Part shown: in pieces, positions 43,701 to 53,500 of the stretch
Numbering within the stretch: position 1 is the first letter of the stretch
Layout of the letters: every line of letters begins with the position of its first letter
From: Sedimentisphaerales bacterium
GTDB lineage: Bacteria > Planctomycetota > Phycisphaerae > Sedimentisphaerales > Anaerobacaceae
Length of the DNA stretch: 64,000 nt
Assembly: GCA_963708075.1 (NCBI GenBank)
Contig: OY970194.1
Coordinates: 2,112,001-2,176,000 of the forward strand
Direction: 5' to 3'
The notes under the pieces: model-generated
What the model saw: the letters and a program-made list of their open reading frames with translations, nothing else
What the model was told of the DNA's origin: nothing
Databases searched by the model: none
Program-made: the position numbers and the translations under genes

Positions 43701-45456
43701 GCTCAGTGGCAGCTCGGATTGCTTCGTCGATATCCGGCTGAGTGGGGAGAAGACTCAAAACGGTGGCACGGAGCAGCCGCCTGTGACGCAGGTGTACCAG
43801 CGCGAGGCGGGCAGGTATGAGATTGAGCCTCTCTGGGAGAGCGCGGAGTTGACGACGTTCAACGCGGATGCGAAGATTCCTGCCTCGGTGGTTCGCGAGG
43901 GGCGAACGTATCGGGTCCGCTGCCGGATGAAAGATACCTCCGGCCGCTGGAGCCACTGGTCGGCCCCGGTGCAGTTCGTGGCCGGTGAGCCCATTGCCGC
44001 AGGGATCCTGGCGGACCTGCGAGTGACGGAACTGATGTACAATCCCGCCGTTCTGGCGAGTGATGCGTTCGACAGCGAGGAATACGAGTACATCGAACTC
44101 AAGAACACAGGCGATGATACGCTCGATCTGGGCAGCGTCTCGCTTACGAATGGCGTTACTTTCGATTTCCAGGGCAGTGCCGTTACGAGTCTTGGCCCGG
44201 GCAAGTTCGTGCTGGTAGTCCGGAACAAAGCGGCGTTCACCTCCCGTTATGGCTCGGCATTGTCTTCGATCATCGCCGGCCAGTACCAGGGCAAGCTGGC
44301 GAATAATGGCGAGAAGGTCGCTCTCGTGGACTTCTGGAATGGCACGGTCGCCGAGTTCGAGTATGGCGACGGCCGAGGCTGGCCCCTGGCGGCCGATGGA
44401 GGCGGGCACTCCCTGGTGCCGCTGGAGACAGCGTTACTGGGCCAGCCACAGGGCTCGTTGAACTATCCCGGCAACTGGCGCGCGAGCACGAATATGGGCG
44501 GCTCGCCGGGCCAGGATGATCCGGCACTCCCGCAGACAGTGGTGATCAATGAGTTTGTAGCCAACGGCGCCACACCGACAGCCGATGACTGGGTGGAGTT
44601 GTACAACCCCACGGCAGCCAGTGTAAGTCTTGCGAATTGGTATCTCAGCGATGATGTGGCCGAGCCCGGCAAGTACAAACTTCCGGCGGTGTCGGTACCT
44701 TCTCTGGGATACGTCCGATTCGACAATCTCCAGGGCTTTGGCCTGGGCAGTGATGGCGAGGACCTGCTGCTGTCGTATCTGCCGGGCACAGCCCAGGACC
44801 GGATCGCCGATGCAGTCTCGTTCAAAGCCCAGGAGGCAGGCATCTCGCTCGGCCGCTATCCGGATGGCGGAGCCTACTGGTTCCGAATGACGCCCTCACA
44901 AGCCAAAGCCAACACAACGCCGCTGCTGTCGGTGGTCATTGATGAGATCATGTACAGTCCCATTGATCCGAATGAAGAATACATCGAGCTATACAATCCA
45001 ACATCACAAGCAGTCGCCTTGACCACGCAGACCATTCCTTGGCGTCTGGATGGCGCGGTGGACTACAACTTCCCCGCGAGTGCCTCGATTGCCGCCGGCG
45101 GCCGGATCGTGGTAGTCGGCTTCGACCCGCAGACGGAGCCCGCTCGCGTGACAGAGTTCGCCGCCGCCTACGGCGGACAACTCACAGCGAATGTGAATCT
45201 CTTCGGCCCCTGGCAGGGCAATCTGTCGAATGAGGGCGAGCGAGTGGCATTGGACAAGCCGCAGGTGGGTACCGATCCTGTTGACATCGGCTGGGTGGTC
45301 CTGGATGAAGTGATCTACAGTCCCGTCGCTCCCTGGCCCGCCGGCACAGACGCCACCGGCGACTGCCTCCAAAGGCAGCACGCGGACGAAACTCACAGCG
45401 GCAGCGACCCCGCCAACTGGCAAACCGCCGCCCCCACCCCCGGCAGAACGCCATAG
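40738..45456 (+). CDS. Secreted CotH kinase + multiple LTD protein, paralogue B
   Basis: Same architecture as paralogue A; GTG 40738 follows the same ATATGGAAGAGGA leader (MVASKR vs MLAPKK). Confidence 0.9.
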   Translation: MVASKRFPSVVVTIVIFWLCGCPLGRVGDCTARAADLAGPMVVINELHVNPDVKTELVEYVELHNPGTASVDLSGWRLDGGVFYTFAAGKVLPAGGYVIVAENPTHIRTKWGAGRFPLSSGLLFGPYGGKLGSDGDRVVLYDAAGQVVDEVEYQLGFPWPTVGDPVPETSTGTGYSMQLTNPLFDNNLGGSWRSAPPTPAAVNSLVFAENIPPQIRQVRHSPKQPQANEAVTVTAKVTDPDGVKTVTLMYQVVTPGAYISRQDAQYISNWTSINMHDDGLAGDIEMLDGIYTVQVPASAQKHRNLVRYRISAADSTGKSVTVPYADDPQPNFAYFVYDGVHGWKGAARPGDTGQLGQVVEYGPEVMNSLPIYHLISKKSDVEACMWKEQIPYNSLQATVFKWYGTLVYDGEVYDHIRYRLRGGVWRYAMGKNMLKTSLQRGHYFQARDDYGRKYDTKWDTINFSACIQQGDYQHRGEQGMFEAAGFKLFNLMGCPAATTNWVHFRIIDEAAETGATQYDGDFWGLYMTIEQMDGRFLDEHSLPDGNLYKMDSGAPDAGPGGGSLNNQGPTQPSDHSDLLAFAGGYRSRPQEPWWRQNVSLSPYYGFRCVVEGVHHGDMESGKNWFFYHDPVTNRWTIMPWDLDLTWANNMYGTGADEFTRSSIFSNASLQIEYQNRQREFMDLLYNKDQGYQVLDDLASIIDPPTGGPTFVGADRAMWDYNPIMRSSYVDPSKSGQGRFYQRAATRDFRGMVQIMKDYITSSNREFNTYSEDAQAPQTPVVTATGPAGFPLNTLAFRVNPFADPQGAGTFAAMKWRIGEVAAGSQVTAPPQGSGVLLLPDGAAWKYFKGLSEPSATQGAWRGLNFDDSQWLTGKTAIGFGTNENFIATTLSDMRGKYSTIYLRNTFEVASLTTFGNLILEVRLDDGVNVWINGKLAYQENVSSAEIPYNGLATANIEEWTFGRHDLGAPATWLVRGTNVIAVQLLNGSLSGSSDCFVDIRLSGEKTQNGGTEQPPVTQVYQREAGRYEIEPLWESAELTTFNADAKIPASVVREGRTYRVRCRMKDTSGRWSHWSAPVQFVAGEPIAAGILADLRVTELMYNPAVLASDAFDSEEYEYIELKNTGDDTLDLGSVSLTNGVTFDFQGSAVTSLGPGKFVLVVRNKAAFTSRYGSALSSIIAGQYQGKLANNGEKVALVDFWNGTVAEFEYGDGRGWPLAADGGGHSLVPLETALLGQPQGSLNYPGNWRASTNMGGSPGQDDPALPQTVVINEFVANGATPTADDWVELYNPTAASVSLANWYLSDDVAEPGKYKLPAVSVPSLGYVRFDNLQGFGLGSDGEDLLLSYLPGTAQDRIADAVSFKAQEAGISLGRYPDGGAYWFRMTPSQAKANTTPLLSVVIDEIMYSPIDPNEEYIELYNPTSQAVALTTQTIPWRLDGAVDYNFPASASIAAGGRIVVVGFDPQTEPARVTEFAAAYGGQLTANVNLFGPWQGNLSNEGERVALDKPQVGTDPVDIGWVVLDEVIYSPVAPWPAGTDATGDCLQRQHADETHSGSDPANWQTAAPTPGRTP

Positions 45457-45468
45457 GGAGGGATCAGG
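43784..45468 (+). repeat. 1685-bp near-identical inverted repeat, copy B (partner 28008-29692)
   Basis: See copy A. Confidence 0.93.
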
Positions 45469-45495
45469 TTCTCAGGGATCAGTACGTCCTGAGGC

Positions 45496-45665
45496 CAAAT
45501 TCGAAATCCGAATATCGAAACCCGAAACAAGCACGAAGGACCGAAATCCCAAATTCAAAACGGGGCGGGTGCCGGGTGCCATGCCTGCGCTCGCGCAGGC
45601 ATGTTCTATATGCACAAATCAAATCGCGAAGAGTCCGAAGAGTACGAGGAACGCCAAGGACGATA
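45496..45665. repeat. Cluster of short repeats: GAAATCC-type heptamers, CATGCCTGCG/CGCAGGCATG hairpin, CGCGAAGAG-type nonamers
   Basis: Seen directly between the convergent CotH-B and DUF1080 genes; the hairpin may act as a terminator. Confidence 0.65.
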
Positions 45666-45758
45666 GAAACAGGAAATTATGGTCTGTGCATGTCCTGTAT
45701 AGCCAATGTGAAATGTGTAGGTGCGACCCCCGGCTCTGATGCCCCTTACTCCCAGCAA

Positions 45759-46559
45759 TCAGTTGGCGCGTTCCAGGGGCCGCACGCTGACCTCCTTGAA
45801 CCAAACCACATCGCCGGGATCGTGATTCTGGAGTCCGATGTAACCGTGCGTCGGGCGTTTCAATTCGCGGATCGGCTCCGTCCAGTTCTTGCGGGGCGGA
45901 TTGTCCGGTGCAGTTGGATCGAATGAACTGAGCCGTTTGGCGTCCACGTCCACGGTGATGCGTTCACCGTCGAGGGTGATTATCATCGTGCGCCAGTCTG
46001 ACAGCGGCTTCTCAGGAACCGGTGCGGCTTTGGCCAGAGAGTAGATCGCCCCGGTGCGATGCCATGCGTCGGTGTCATCGAGGATCTGCACTTCGTAGCC
46101 GTGATGGACCGGGTACCAGCCGCCGAGATGCTTCTCGGATGCTTCTTTCAGCTTCTCGATCATCTCCGGGGACAGCTTGCCCTTGGCATCGCGATGTACC
46201 TCGGGCGATTTCTCGCCGACCTTCGCGAGCACGCCATCGTCGATGCGCACGAAGACACCTGCATTAGACTTGAGCTTCTCACACCGATAGACGATGCGAA
46301 TCTGGCAATCGCCGAACTTCCGGGGTCTGTAGAGCAGCAAGCCCATGCCGCGATCATCGCATTCGGTGCATAGCGCCCCGCCGTCAATGACAAATCCACC
46401 CCAACCTACCTGCGCCCACGCCGCGTCGATCTTGCCATCGGTGATGAGCGGCAGGACACGCCATTGGCTATCAGCCGGAACCACGCGATCGCCGGCACAC
46501 ACGAAGGTCGCCGGAATGCACAATAGCGCCAAGATGACGCAGGAGAATCGCGATTTCAT
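45759..46559 (-). CDS. DUF1080 (3-keto-disaccharide hydrolase) family protein
   Basis: SNAGVFVR, GYEVQI, TGAIYS, GYIGLQNHD..V.FKEVSVRPL; signal peptide. Confidence 0.88.
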   Translation of the reverse strand: MKSRFSCVILALLCIPATFVCAGDRVVPADSQWRVLPLITDGKIDAAWAQVGWGGFVIDGGALCTECDDRGMGLLLYRPRKFGDCQIRIVYRCEKLKSNAGVFVRIDDGVLAKVGEKSPEVHRDAKGKLSPEMIEKLKEASEKHLGGWYPVHHGYEVQILDDTDAWHRTGAIYSLAKAAPVPEKPLSDWRTMIITLDGERITVDVDAKRLSSFDPTAPDNPPRKNWTEPIRELKRPTHGYIGLQNHDPGDVVWFKEVSVRPLERAN

Positions 46560-46748
46560 CGACTCACAGAAGCTCTTATCCATACCGCACTCCACAATTA
46601 CCAAGTAGACAATCATCTCAGAAGCCAGTATTCCATTGTAGGGGCATGGCTATGCACGGGCAAATGGGAAACGGGTAAAACGGCCTCGTTCAAAAGCGGG
46701 TCACACTCTCGATGGTGCTGTCTTGATCGGGGCGGACCATCCGACACC

Positions 46749-46941
46749 CACGGGCAAGCGAGTTGGCTTCGTCCCATTCCCTTGAGATGAGTCCGATGCA
46801 GACTCCCCAGCCGGATGGCATCGGCAAAGCCGAAGGCTTTGCCGATGGCGAATGGGCAAACCATCGGCAAGCTCGCGCTTGCCGCTGCCACCCAGAACTC
46901 GAAAACCTGGGACGAACCCAACGAGTTTGCTCGTGTCACCC
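46749..46941. repeat. MITE/REPIN-like element with 28-bp imperfect terminal inverted repeats and internal hairpins; partial copy at 49890-49974
   Basis: CACGGGCAAGCGAGTTGGCTTCGTCCCA vs TGGGACGAACCCAACGAGTTTGCTCGTG; perfect 13-bp stem at 46819-46847. Confidence 0.7.
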
Positions 46942-47128
46942 ATCCTATGCCCGGGGGTGTTACCAAAGAACGAACGAAACTGAACCAAGCCAATTTGCAG
47001 AAAGTCAGAGGAACGTCAACTGCTGTTTGGAGGAGAGCTTATGAGAGAGACTGTGGGTTATGCATGTGCAAAAATAACCCATTCCCAGAATTTGGGTTGG
47101 GGCCGGATAATATGAGTCGCGTGGTGTC

Positions 47129-47156
47129 TTGACGGGGCGGTGCGGGGGTGTATACT
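47129..47156 (+). promoter_or_regulatory. Sigma70-like promoter of aroA-aroC
   Basis: TTGACG-N16-TATACT. Confidence 0.6.
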
Positions 47157-47196
47157 GTCGGCACGATTGGTCTGGCAGTTTCAAAGAGAGGTCATA

Positions 47197-48475
47197 ATGC
47201 AGCTTATATCAAGGAAATCCCGGCTTAAAGGAACTGTAGCGATCCCCGCGTCGAAGTCGCATACGATTCGTGCGGTGGCGATTGCGTCGCTGGCAAGTGG
47301 GCAGAGTATCATCCGCGAGCCGCTGTGGTCGGGCGACACGGAGGCGGCGGTCCTGTGCTACGGCGCCTTCGGCGCCAGGATCGACCGGAGCAATCCCGCT
47401 GCCTGGAAGGTGAATGGCATCGGCGGGCGGGTCGTGCCGCCCCAGGAGACGATTGACGTGCTCAATTCGGGCACTACGCTCCGTGTGGCGATGGGATCAG
47501 CCGCCCTGGCTGAGCCGGGGCAGGTGACGAGCTTCACCGGCGACGAGCAGATCCAGAGCCGGCCGATCGCCCCGCTGATGCAGTCCCTGGAGGAACTCGG
47601 GGCCAAGTGCGTCAGCGTGAAGAACAACGGCAAGGCCCCGGTCAAGATCTGGGGCAGGCTCAAGGGTGGGCGGACCTCCATCGAGGCGTTCACGAGCCAG
47701 TACCTGTCCAGCCTCCTGCTGTGCACGCCGCTGGCGCTGGGCGACACCGATATCGACGTGACTCTGCTCAACGAGCCGGGCTATGTGCAGATGACCCTGG
47801 ACTGGCTGGACAAGCAAGGGATCAAGTATGAGCACGATGGTCTGCGCCGGTTCCACATGCGAGGCGGCCAGAGCTACAAGTCGTACGATCTGCCCGTGCC
47901 CGCCGATTTCTCCAGCGCTACGTTCTTCCTCTGCGCCGCAGCGATGTTCGGGGATGGGGTCACGCTGAAAGGCCTTGATTTCTCCGACAGCCAGCCGGAC
48001 AAGAAGGTGGTCGATTACCTCCGCGCCATGGGCGCCGACATCACGACTTCACCCGACAGCATCACGGTGAAAGCGTCGCATCTCAGGGGCGTGACCATCG
48101 ACATGAACGAGACTCCCGACGCCCTGCCGGCGATGGCCGTCACGGCCGCATTTGCGGAGGGCACGACCAGGCTCGTCAATGTCCCTCAGGCCCGATCCAA
48201 GGAGACCGACCGGATCAAGTGCATGGCGGAAGAGCTGACGAAGATGGGCGGGAAAGTGGAGGAGTTGGCCGACGGCCTCGTCGTGCATCACAGCAAGCTC
48301 AAGGCCGCCCACCTGGACGGGCGGGCCGATCATCGGATCGTGATGGCACTATCGCTGGCGGCCATGGGATTGAAGGAGCCGTGCACGATCGAGAACCGCC
48401 GAGGCGATCAAGGTCACGTTCCCCGAGTTCGTGACGCTCATGCAATTCCTCGGCGCCGATATGGAACTTCGATGA
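47197..48475 (+). CDS. aroA: 3-phosphoshikimate 1-carboxyvinyltransferase (EPSP synthase); +1 frameshift at ~48394
   Basis: PASKSHTIR, NSGTTLR, SQYLSSLL, DFSSA, KETDRI, DHRIVM; removing one A restores IETAEAIKVTFPEF...ELR*. Confidence 0.93.
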
Positions 48476-48541
48476 AACCGACGATTCGCCGTTTAGATCG
48501 TAATTCGTAAATCATAAATCGTAAATTCAAGGGTACCTCAA

Positions 48542-49870
48542 ATGCTTGGATGTCATCTTGGGCGTTTGTTTCAGGTTACGATAGCGGGCGGGTCGTATCA
48601 GGAGGGGCTCACGAGCGTTCTGCAGGGCGTGCCGCCGGGAATCCTGCTGACGGAGCAGGAGATTTACGGCGATCTGCTGCTGAGGAAGCCGGGGGCGGAT
48701 GAGCTGTCGAGCCCTCGCAAGGAGCCCGATCTGCCGATCATCTACACAGGGATCAACGCGGCGGATACCATTGAGAACGCGGGGAACGTAAACCACACGA
48801 ACGGCACGCCGCTGACGATCCTCATCCCCAACCTGGACCGCCATTTCATCCATATCAAGCAGTACCAGGACACGAACCGCACACCCCGGCCGGGCCACGC
48901 GTCCTATGCTAGCTTCGTGAAGTACGGCCCGGACGACGACGCCATCGGCGCGGGTTTTTTCAGCGGCCGATACACATCCACCATCGTGGCCGCCGGCTGC
49001 GTGGCCAAGAAGGTGCTGCGCAAGTGCGGTATCGAGGTCTTCGCCTACGCCAAGGAGATCGCCGGCGTGCGATGTCCCGACCTGCCGCACGACAAGGCCC
49101 TGCAGCGCACCGACGCCTACAAGACGATGCGGCACGATCTCGACCCATTCTACCAGGAGCTGTACGTCAAGGGGCGCCTGCACATGGGCATGCGATTCCT
49201 GGAGAAGACCGCGGTAATGGCCCAGGTGGAAAAGGAGATTGACCAAATCCGCGACAAGGCGCCAAGAGTGGCGCCGGAGCAGGTCCGCGAGAAATACAAC
49301 GTCCATCCCGTGCTGAACTGCCCGGATATTGACGCGGCACAGGCGATGGTCGAGGCCTGCAACCGGATCTGTGCCACAGGCGATTCGGCCGGCGGGGTCG
49401 TCGAGGTCGTGGTGCTCGGAGTCCCGACGGGCTTGGGCGAACCCATGTTCTACAAGCTCGACGCCGAGCTGGGAAAGATGCTGGGCATCGGGGCCGTCAA
49501 GGGCGTCGAAGTCGGCGCGGGGTTCGCCGTCAAGGACATGACGGGCTACCAGAACAACGACCAGATGTACGCCAGGGACGGCAAGGTCGTGTTTCAGTCG
49601 AACAATGCCGGCGGGATCACAGGCGGCCTGGCAACCGGGCAGCCGATCATCGTCCGCCTGGCCGTCAAGCCCACGCCAACCATCGCCAGGCCTCAGCATA
49701 CGGTCGACAAGTACACGCTGGAGAACAGGGACCTGGCCGCCATCACGCGGCGCGACCCGACGATCGTCGCCCGGGTCTGGCCCGTCGCCGAGAACTACAC
49801 GGCGCTGGTGATCCTGGACCATTTGATGATGCACTACGGTTACCAGGCGATCAAAGACCGCATGGCGTAG
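48542..49870 (+). CDS. aroC: Chorismate synthase (divergent)
   Basis: NGTPL, PRPGHA, GDSAGGVVEV, GLGEP..KLDA, AVKGVEVGAGF, SNNAGGITGG, KPTPTI, RRDP; directly downstream of aroA. Confidence 0.88.
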   Translation: MLGCHLGRLFQVTIAGGSYQEGLTSVLQGVPPGILLTEQEIYGDLLLRKPGADELSSPRKEPDLPIIYTGINAADTIENAGNVNHTNGTPLTILIPNLDRHFIHIKQYQDTNRTPRPGHASYASFVKYGPDDDAIGAGFFSGRYTSTIVAAGCVAKKVLRKCGIEVFAYAKEIAGVRCPDLPHDKALQRTDAYKTMRHDLDPFYQELYVKGRLHMGMRFLEKTAVMAQVEKEIDQIRDKAPRVAPEQVREKYNVHPVLNCPDIDAAQAMVEACNRICATGDSAGGVVEVVVLGVPTGLGEPMFYKLDAELGKMLGIGAVKGVEVGAGFAVKDMTGYQNNDQMYARDGKVVFQSNNAGGITGGLATGQPIIVRLAVKPTPTIARPQHTVDKYTLENRDLAAITRRDPTIVARVWPVAENYTALVILDHLMMHYGYQAIKDRMA

Positions 49871-50035
49871 AATCGCAACTCATGCCAAGCCATCGGCAAG
49901 CTGCGTATAGTACCTGTTTGGCCTGAAAAGACCCAATCTTGGGTGGCACGGGCAGACTCGTTGGATGCGTCCCAAGTTGTTGAGATTGGACTGTCGGCAA
50001 TGAACGCCGCGAACGCAGGTTCTGACAGTCCCCCC

Positions 50036-50244
50036 GGGTGCGCTGCCCCCAGACCCCCGGCATTTTCCGCTTTGAGCCAGCAGCATGGAACGCAGAGCAA
50101 GCTTCTCCCACGGCCGGGGCTAAGCGATCCGGCTGTACGAAGACCCTGGATTCCTCAGCGCAATCGCCTCGGCGGAAGGCCTCTCGGCCCTACCATGCGA
50201 TTGGCCCAACGCGCCAAATGCCGGGGTTTCAGGGGCAGAACCCC
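50036..50244. repeat. MITE-like element with ~30-bp imperfect terminal inverted repeats
   Basis: GGGTGCGCTGCCCCCAGACCCCCGGCATTT ... AAATGCCGGGGTTTCAGGGGCAGAACCCC. Confidence 0.6.
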
Positions 50245-50529
50245 TGACATCGTCAGACGAGGCCACACCATCAATGGACCTGCGACCATGAAGGCGTTCC
50301 TCCTGCGAGAGTCCAGATCTCAAGAAAATGGGACGTTGCCAACAAGTCTGGCGGTGCCACCCGGCGAGCAGGAAGCCTCAGGCTATACACGTACTACGCT
50401 TGCTGCTGCCACCCGTCGCCGGCAGGCTGTCCCCTGCCCTGCGGCGTCCTTCACTCGCGCAAGAACTTGGCCCCGGACGGGTCCGGGGCCAAGTCACAAT
50501 TCCCTATGTCAGGCTGCTGGCTGTGAGGC

Positions 50530-53500
50530 CTACGGGGCGATGACGCGAACGAAACCAGCACCCAGAGCCGGCTGAGTCGGCCGCTCCCGTTGCTGCTCCG
50601 GCAGGGACGGGACGGTCGTGTTGTTCGATGGGTCACGAGTCCTCACAGTCCACGTCCAACCACGGCCCTTGTTGGGCCCGATGTTTACCCGGTAGATCGG
50701 TTGATCGGTCCAGCCGCTGTTGTAGCGACTATCGGAGCACTCGAAGGAGTACTCCACGACGCCGCCGCTGTCATCCGTCGCCACCACGGCCGCCATTTCG
50801 ACCAAGTACTGGCCGATATCGAAACCGAAGTACTCCTTCGGCAGGCCATTCGGGTCCCACTGCGCCGGGTTCGGCAGCGGGGCATTCGCATCTGCTCCGG
50901 CGCCCGTTGTGCCGCACACCCAGTCGGACCAGACGGTTTCATTCAGCGAGGCCGACATATCCCTGGCCTTGACGCGGTAGCAGTACTGCGTGGTCGCAGC
51001 CAGGTTCACATCCGTGTAGACCGTCGTTCTGATCCAGCCGCTGTCGTGACCGTCGGGCGTATCCACCTCATTGACGTCGAAGTAGTACTCCACGCCATTC
51101 GGATCGAAGGACGGTTCGTCGAGTGTTACGATAAGCGCCCTGGGGTCATTCGGATCCGGAGCGACGCTCTCGATCTCCGGAGCCGGCACCGGCGGTGTCC
51201 CGTCCTGCTTGCCCGCGTAGCGGATATCGGACCACTCCGTCTCATTCTTTCGAGGCGACGTATCCCTGGCCTTCACACGATATCCGTACGCCATGCCGGG
51301 TTTCAGGCCGGTATCGATGTAGCTTGGCTTGCTCTGCCAACCGCTACTGTGGCAGTCACCGTGGACGCACTCGAAGGAGTACTCGACGGGCCAGCCCCAG
51401 CCGTCCACAACTTCCTCGACGCTCATGGTCGTCCCGAGGCCGCCGATGGTCAATCGCGGTACGAGATCCCACTCAGGCGGGTTCGGCATGGGCGCCGTGG
51501 TGTCCTGCACCAGCCAGCAGTCCGCGAAGATGGCCAGGTCGATGGCGTTCACCCTGGAATCGAACGTGAAGTCGGCGCCCTCGCACCAGCCATTGGCGTC
51601 CTTGCAGCCTTCGTGGAGCCATTGCTGCGCGAACTTCACGAAGTCGTTGAACTGGATGGCGCCGTCGCGCTCGAGGTCGCAGACTCTGCACGGCTCGAGC
51701 AATCGATAGTGGAAACCGATATCGACAGTGCCAAGGTCCGGCGCGTTGTCCGTCCGCGTCGTGTATTGCGACATGCCGATGCTGCCGGCCAAGGTACTGC
51801 CCGCGTCCACACACGGGCTCTGGCCCACCTGTCCGACGCCGGCAAACATCTGTTCCAGATAGTAGTCGCCCAGCGGTCCGCTGACAAACAGCGGGTCCTC
51901 GTGGATGACGCCCGTGCCGTATGCGAACTGGCAGCCGTCGCTGACCCAGACGTCGTTCGGCCCGGCCCAGATATTGCTGTACGAAACGTTGAGCTTGCCG
52001 CAGCGTCGATCCAGGCTGAAGCCGCTGGCCAGCGCCAGCTCGCTGCCCGCCCGGGCAAGGTTCCGCCACAGGATCGAGTCGATGATGGTGCATTCGCTCT
52101 CGTAGCTGCAGAAGACGGCGCCGCCGAGAACCGGTGATGTTGGGCTCGTTGGCCACGCCCGGTGACACGTTGCCGACAAGCGTGCAGTTCTGTACGGTCG
52201 GCTTGGCATACCACACGGTCGTCAGACCGCCGCCGTCGCGGTAAGCGACGTTATTGACAATCAGGCAGTTGTCGATCGTCATGGCATTTTCGCCGCGCAG
52301 GTAGATGCCGCCGCCCGAACCGAGGGAGGAGTTGCTCGCGACGTTGCAGTCGAGAATCTGGGCGTCCGAGGACAGGCAGAAGATACCGCCGCCCGCCGGT
52401 GTAACCGTGTTGTCGGTCGCATCGTTGGGGTCGTCCGCGGCATCGTTATCCCGGATGTCGCTGTGCTCGATCCGGATGGAGCCGCCGACGCCGGCGAAAC
52501 CGCCGCCCCGCAGCGCCCTATTGGATGTGACGTTGCAGTCCTCAACCGTGCTGGCCACGGCGTCAGCGATGTAGAGTCCGCCGCCGGTGTCCGCCAGGTT
52601 GTCCACGAAATTGCAGTCGAGGATCTGGACGAGCGCACTGCCTTCGGCGCAGACACCGCCGCCGTAACCGATATACGGGTCCAGGCGATGGTTCGGATCG
52701 GTGCCAGCGGTGGACACCGAGGTCATGTTGTCCTCGAACGTGCAGCCACGGAACCTCACCTGGGCATCCGCAGCGCAGTACACGCCGGCGCCAAAGCTGG
52801 GCAGCTCGAAGGGCACCAGGGGTTCCCAGGTCCTTCCGCCGGGCCCAATCGTACCGCCCTGTCCGCTCATGCCGCCGAAGACGCGGTTGCCGCGGATCTC
52901 GCAATGCTCGAAGACCACGTTGCTGTGGATATCGCAGAATGCGCCGCCGCCGTAACCCGAGTACCAGCGATAGTCGCCGATGTACGAGGTCTTGGAGATC
53001 GCCTCCTGGTAGGCATTCGGGTCCCTGATGATGAGATTCATCAGGGAAGACGTTACGGTTCCGCCCACGGTGATCCAGCCCTGGGACAGGTACGCCCAGT
53101 AGCTGGCATAGTCCCAGTCCCAGACCTCCCAGAGGTTCCCGGCCACAAGCTCCTGGGTGACGCCCGTGGAGCTGATGTTGTACGCGCCGGTGGTGCTCCA
53201 GTTGCCGCCGTAGTTGCCTGTGCCGCCGTTCGTGGCGTAGTTGCCGCCGGTGCCGCCGTTGCCGCCGCTGGCCCTGTTGTTCTCGATGCGGCAGTTGACA
53301 ATCCGGGGGGCACTGTAGGGGGCGCAGTACAGGCCGGCGCCATGCGCCCAGCCGCCCCAGCCGCCGCGGCCGCCGTTGTTGTTATCGTCGGCATTGACGC
53401 CGTTGCCGCCGTCGCCGGCCTCGACGATATTGTTCCTGATGAGGCAGTTCTTGATCGTCGGGCGTGCATCGGCCATCACGAGGATGCCGGCGCCTTCCAG

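Noticed and set aside
41092..44409. Long antisense ORFs (also 1652-3274, 29520-31223, 52463-54649, 55244-58153, 60989-63142)
   Set aside because: Typical high-GC shadow frames opposite well-supported genes
47197..48510. aroA (and the other frameshifted genes) as pseudogenes or programmed frameshifts
   Set aside because: Single-base fixes restore complete proteins, there are no slippery sequences, and the shared motif context points to sequencing error
49943..50575. 210-aa ORF downstream of aroC
   Set aside because: Runs through MITE-like repeats and has no protein-like features
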